From: a virus
Lineage: Duplodnaviria; Heunggongvirae; Uroviricota; Caudoviricetes
Direction: 5' to 3' (one strand)
Virus record (IMG/VR): IMGVR_UViG_3300029071_000005
Coordinates: 1-6,597 of that record
Length of the DNA stretch: 6,597 bases
Position 1 is the stretch's first letter, and each line of letters opens with the position of its first letter. Shown here one piece after another: positions 5,475-6,597 of this stretch. The position numbers were made by a program, and so were the translations under genes. Under the pieces are notes generated by a model, which saw only the letters and a program-made list of their open reading frames with translations, searched no databases and was not told the origin of the DNA.

Positions 5475-5579
5475 TTAGTTACCATTATTACCCGCCTTTT
5501 CAATCTTCCTCCCGTGATTTGAGAGTTTCCAATCACGGAAGGAAAGTGTCCCTTGTGTAATTAAAAGCGCATCGTCCAT
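5475..5579 (-). CDS. Candidate 34-aa small ORF antisense downstream of the repressor
   Basis: ATG 5579-5577 preceded by a perfect AGGAGG (plus CCTCCT 5585-5590) at 5-nt spacing. Translation MDDALLITQGTLSFRDWKLSNHGRKIEKAGNNGN, stop TAA 5477-5475. It is the C-terminal part of track ORF 5475..5663, whose upstream start would lie inside the operator-like block. Confidence 0.3.
   Translation of the reverse strand: MDDALLITQGTLSFRDWKLSNHGRKIEKAGNNGN
5504..5546 (+). other. Stable hairpin about 57 nt after the repressor stop (possible repressor 3' end structure; no U-tract)
   Basis: Inverted repeat TCTTCCTCCCGTGATT (5504-5519) and AATCACGGAAGGAAAG (5531-5546), about 13 bp with one mismatch and an 11-nt loop. 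Not followed by a T-run on the plus strand, so not a classic intrinsic terminator. Confidence 0.3.
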
Positions 5580-5640
5580 ACAACCTCCTTTTTTGATAAC
5601 CCTTGCCCTCATTTCACATCCGTCAAAACCACATAAAGTT

Positions 5641-5690
5641 GTTGACAACAACCAAAACAACAACTAGATTACAACTTAAAGATGTTGCAG
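5641..5690. promoter_or_regulatory. OL-like operator block homologous to the OR-like region
   Basis: CATAAAGTTGT at 5641-5651 is identical to 4721-4731. TAAAGTTGTTGAcAAC resembles 4647-4663 (TAAAGTTGTTGAtAAC). ACAACT-type half-sites recur at 5667-5672 and 5680-5685. About 55-60 bp of shared sequence with indels relative to 4645-4710. Confidence 0.6.
5651..5679 (+). promoter_or_regulatory. Candidate pL-like sigma70 promoter, plus strand
   Basis: -35 TTGACA (5651-5656, perfect), 17-bp spacer, -10 TAGATT (5674-5679), embedded in the operator-like repeats. Would transcribe towards boxA and the ORF at 5830. Confidence 0.55.
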
Positions 5691-5761
5691 TAACGAACAG
5701 GTAGGACGCCCACGAAGTAGCCGCCCGGGGCATATGAAGTCCAGGATGATTCGTTAGCAAC

Positions 5762-5784
5762 AAAAAAGCGCCCTACAGGACGCT
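5762..5784 (-). terminator. Candidate intrinsic terminator on the minus strand
   Basis: Minus-strand RNA AGCGUCC-UGUA-GGGCGCU (7-bp stem with one G-U pair, tetraloop) followed by UUUUUU (plus-strand A6 at 5762-5767). The same sequence folds less well on the plus strand (C-A mismatch). Confidence 0.45.
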
Positions 5785-5786
5785 TA

Positions 5787-5798
5787 GCTCTTTAACAA
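5787..5798 (+). promoter_or_regulatory. boxA-like antitermination element
   Basis: GCTCTTTAACAA at 5787-5798 matches the rrn/lambdoid boxA consensus (TGCTCTTTAACAA) at 12 of 13 positions. About 100 nt downstream of the candidate pL-like start and 32 nt upstream of the ATG at 5830. No clean boxB-type hairpin seen 3' of it. Confidence 0.5.
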
Positions 5799-5829
5799 TC
5801 TTGGTATCCCCGTAACAAAAGAGGGTTCT

Positions 5830-6123
5830 ATGGTCATATTCTGTGCTTACGTTCATCCTAATGGATTTTTTATCAGTACCAACCAACAAGACGAATTCTG
5901 GATTCTACTTAGTAAGCAGGTCGGATGGGGACGATTCTGTCTAATCCGACCAGAATCAGAATTTACAGAGAATGGAGGGCTTTTTGAATTACGTGAAATA
6001 CGTCCGGCAGATGGTCAAGCCCCTGACCAAGTAATCGAATCGTCAGCTGTTTTATGGCGTCGGCAGGAAGCGTTCGAAGCTGAGAGAGTAATTTCTTCTT
6101 ATCTTCAGTCGTGGCAGAAGTAG
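5830..6123 (+). CDS. Hypothetical protein (97 aa) in the position of a first pL-operon gene; function unknown
   Basis: Track ORF 5830..6123. Good RBS (AGAGGG, 4 nt before the ATG). Downstream of the plus-strand promoter and boxA. No arginine-rich N-terminus like lambda N. Its 3' 160 bp overlaps the convergent minus-strand ORF 5963..6466, so one of the two calls may be wrong. Confidence 0.35.
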   Translation: MVIFCAYVHPNGFFISTNQQDEFWILLSKQVGWGRFCLIRPESEFTENGGLFELREIRPADGQAPDQVIESSAVLWRRQEAFEAERVISSYLQSWQK

Positions 6124-6466
6124 AACTATTGATGATACGTTCAAGTTCACAGAGAGTCTCATCATGCAATCTTATTGTCATAATCCCAAGAATAGCTTTA
6201 AGACCTCCATCATCACGAATGAAATCAATTCCATCTTTAGTAATTCTTAATTCAGGAATATTTATATTTATGCCATCCAAGTAATAATCAAGAGCATTCT
6301 TAATCAAGCCATGTTCTTCGAGATAAATTAAGTTCGAAATTAGGACATTATCATCTCCAAATGCGTCACGAACAGACTGCAACGCATCATCAGAAATTTC
6401 ATAAGGATGAGCATCATACAGTATTTGTAACAACTGCCTTTGTGCACTTCTATCAAATTTGTCCAT
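5963..6466 (-). CDS. Hypothetical protein (167 aa) encoded mostly in a visibly AT-rich segment
   Basis: Track ORF 5963..6466. 114 stop-free codons in AT-rich DNA (about 6124-6466) are unlikely by chance. Sequence is protein-like, with a possible winged-helix segment (LISNLIYLEEHGLIK). GGTGA lies 9 nt upstream of the ATG. No family recognised. Confidence 0.6.
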   Translation of the reverse strand: MDKFDRSAQRQLLQILYDAHPYEISDDALQSVRDAFGDDNVLISNLIYLEEHGLIKNALDYYLDGININIPELRITKDGIDFIRDDGGLKAILGIMTIRLHDETLCELERIINSSTSATTEDKKKLLSQLRTLPADAIKQLTIRLLGQGLDHLPDVFHVIQKALHSL

Positions 6467-6597
6467 CTTAAATAATCACCATGTTATTGGGGGTATCAAG
6501 ATTAACCGAATCCTTGTTGTTGGGGAATAACCAGGTCCACCTCGCCTGATGTGGCTAAAAGCAGGCACATAACAGCTAAGTATTTTCAACCAGAGAG

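Noticed and set aside
5504-5546. Hairpin after the repressor as a classic rho-independent terminator
   Set aside because: The stem is strong but there is no U-tract on either strand immediately 3' of it, so it is kept only as a structural element of uncertain role.
5830-6123. Plus-strand 97-aa ORF as a lambda N-type antiterminator
   Set aside because: The position is right, but the protein has no arginine-rich N-terminal motif and no boxB hairpin is evident, so the N assignment is not supported. The ORF is retained only as a low-confidence hypothetical.
6467-6597. TTGGGG-containing near-repeats (GTTATTGGGGG / TTGGGGAATAAC) as an attachment site or inverted repeat
   Set aside because: The two copies are neither a clean direct nor a clean inverted repeat, and there is too little flanking sequence to interpret them.

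Overview
This window reads as the immunity and early-replication region of a lambdoid (Rac/e14-like) enterobacterial prophage, shown in reverse orientation to the usual lambda map. A CI-like autocleavable repressor (4761-5447, +) is transcribed divergently from a Cro-like gene (4375-4623, -) across an operator/promoter region (4624-4760) built from AAAGTTGT/ACAACTTT repeats. A second, homologous operator block carrying a plus-strand TTGACA-17-TAGATT promoter lies downstream of the repressor (5641-5690), followed by a near-consensus boxA (5787-5798), so the repressor is flanked by OR-like and OL-like regions. The minus-strand early operon is tightly packed, with six stop/start overlaps: cro-like, CII-like, Rha-family regulator, a 74-aa protein, a replication initiator with iterons inside its own coding sequence, a PerC-like protein, a phage Dam-type N6-adenine methyltransferase, a LexA DNA-binding-domain-only protein, and the start of rusA. 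The most unusual content is a possible SOS-linked module: an exact CTGT-N8-ACAG LexA box (3653-3668), a 59-codon ORF missing from the ORF track, and a hairpin/U-tract terminator, all inside what the track shows as the N-terminal 200 codons of a 383-aa ORF ending in the Rha domain; the same operon encodes the truncated LexA-like protein. An AT-rich minus-strand gene of unknown function (5963-6466) sits beyond the OL-like region. All assignments are from reading translations and motifs by eye; no database search was run.
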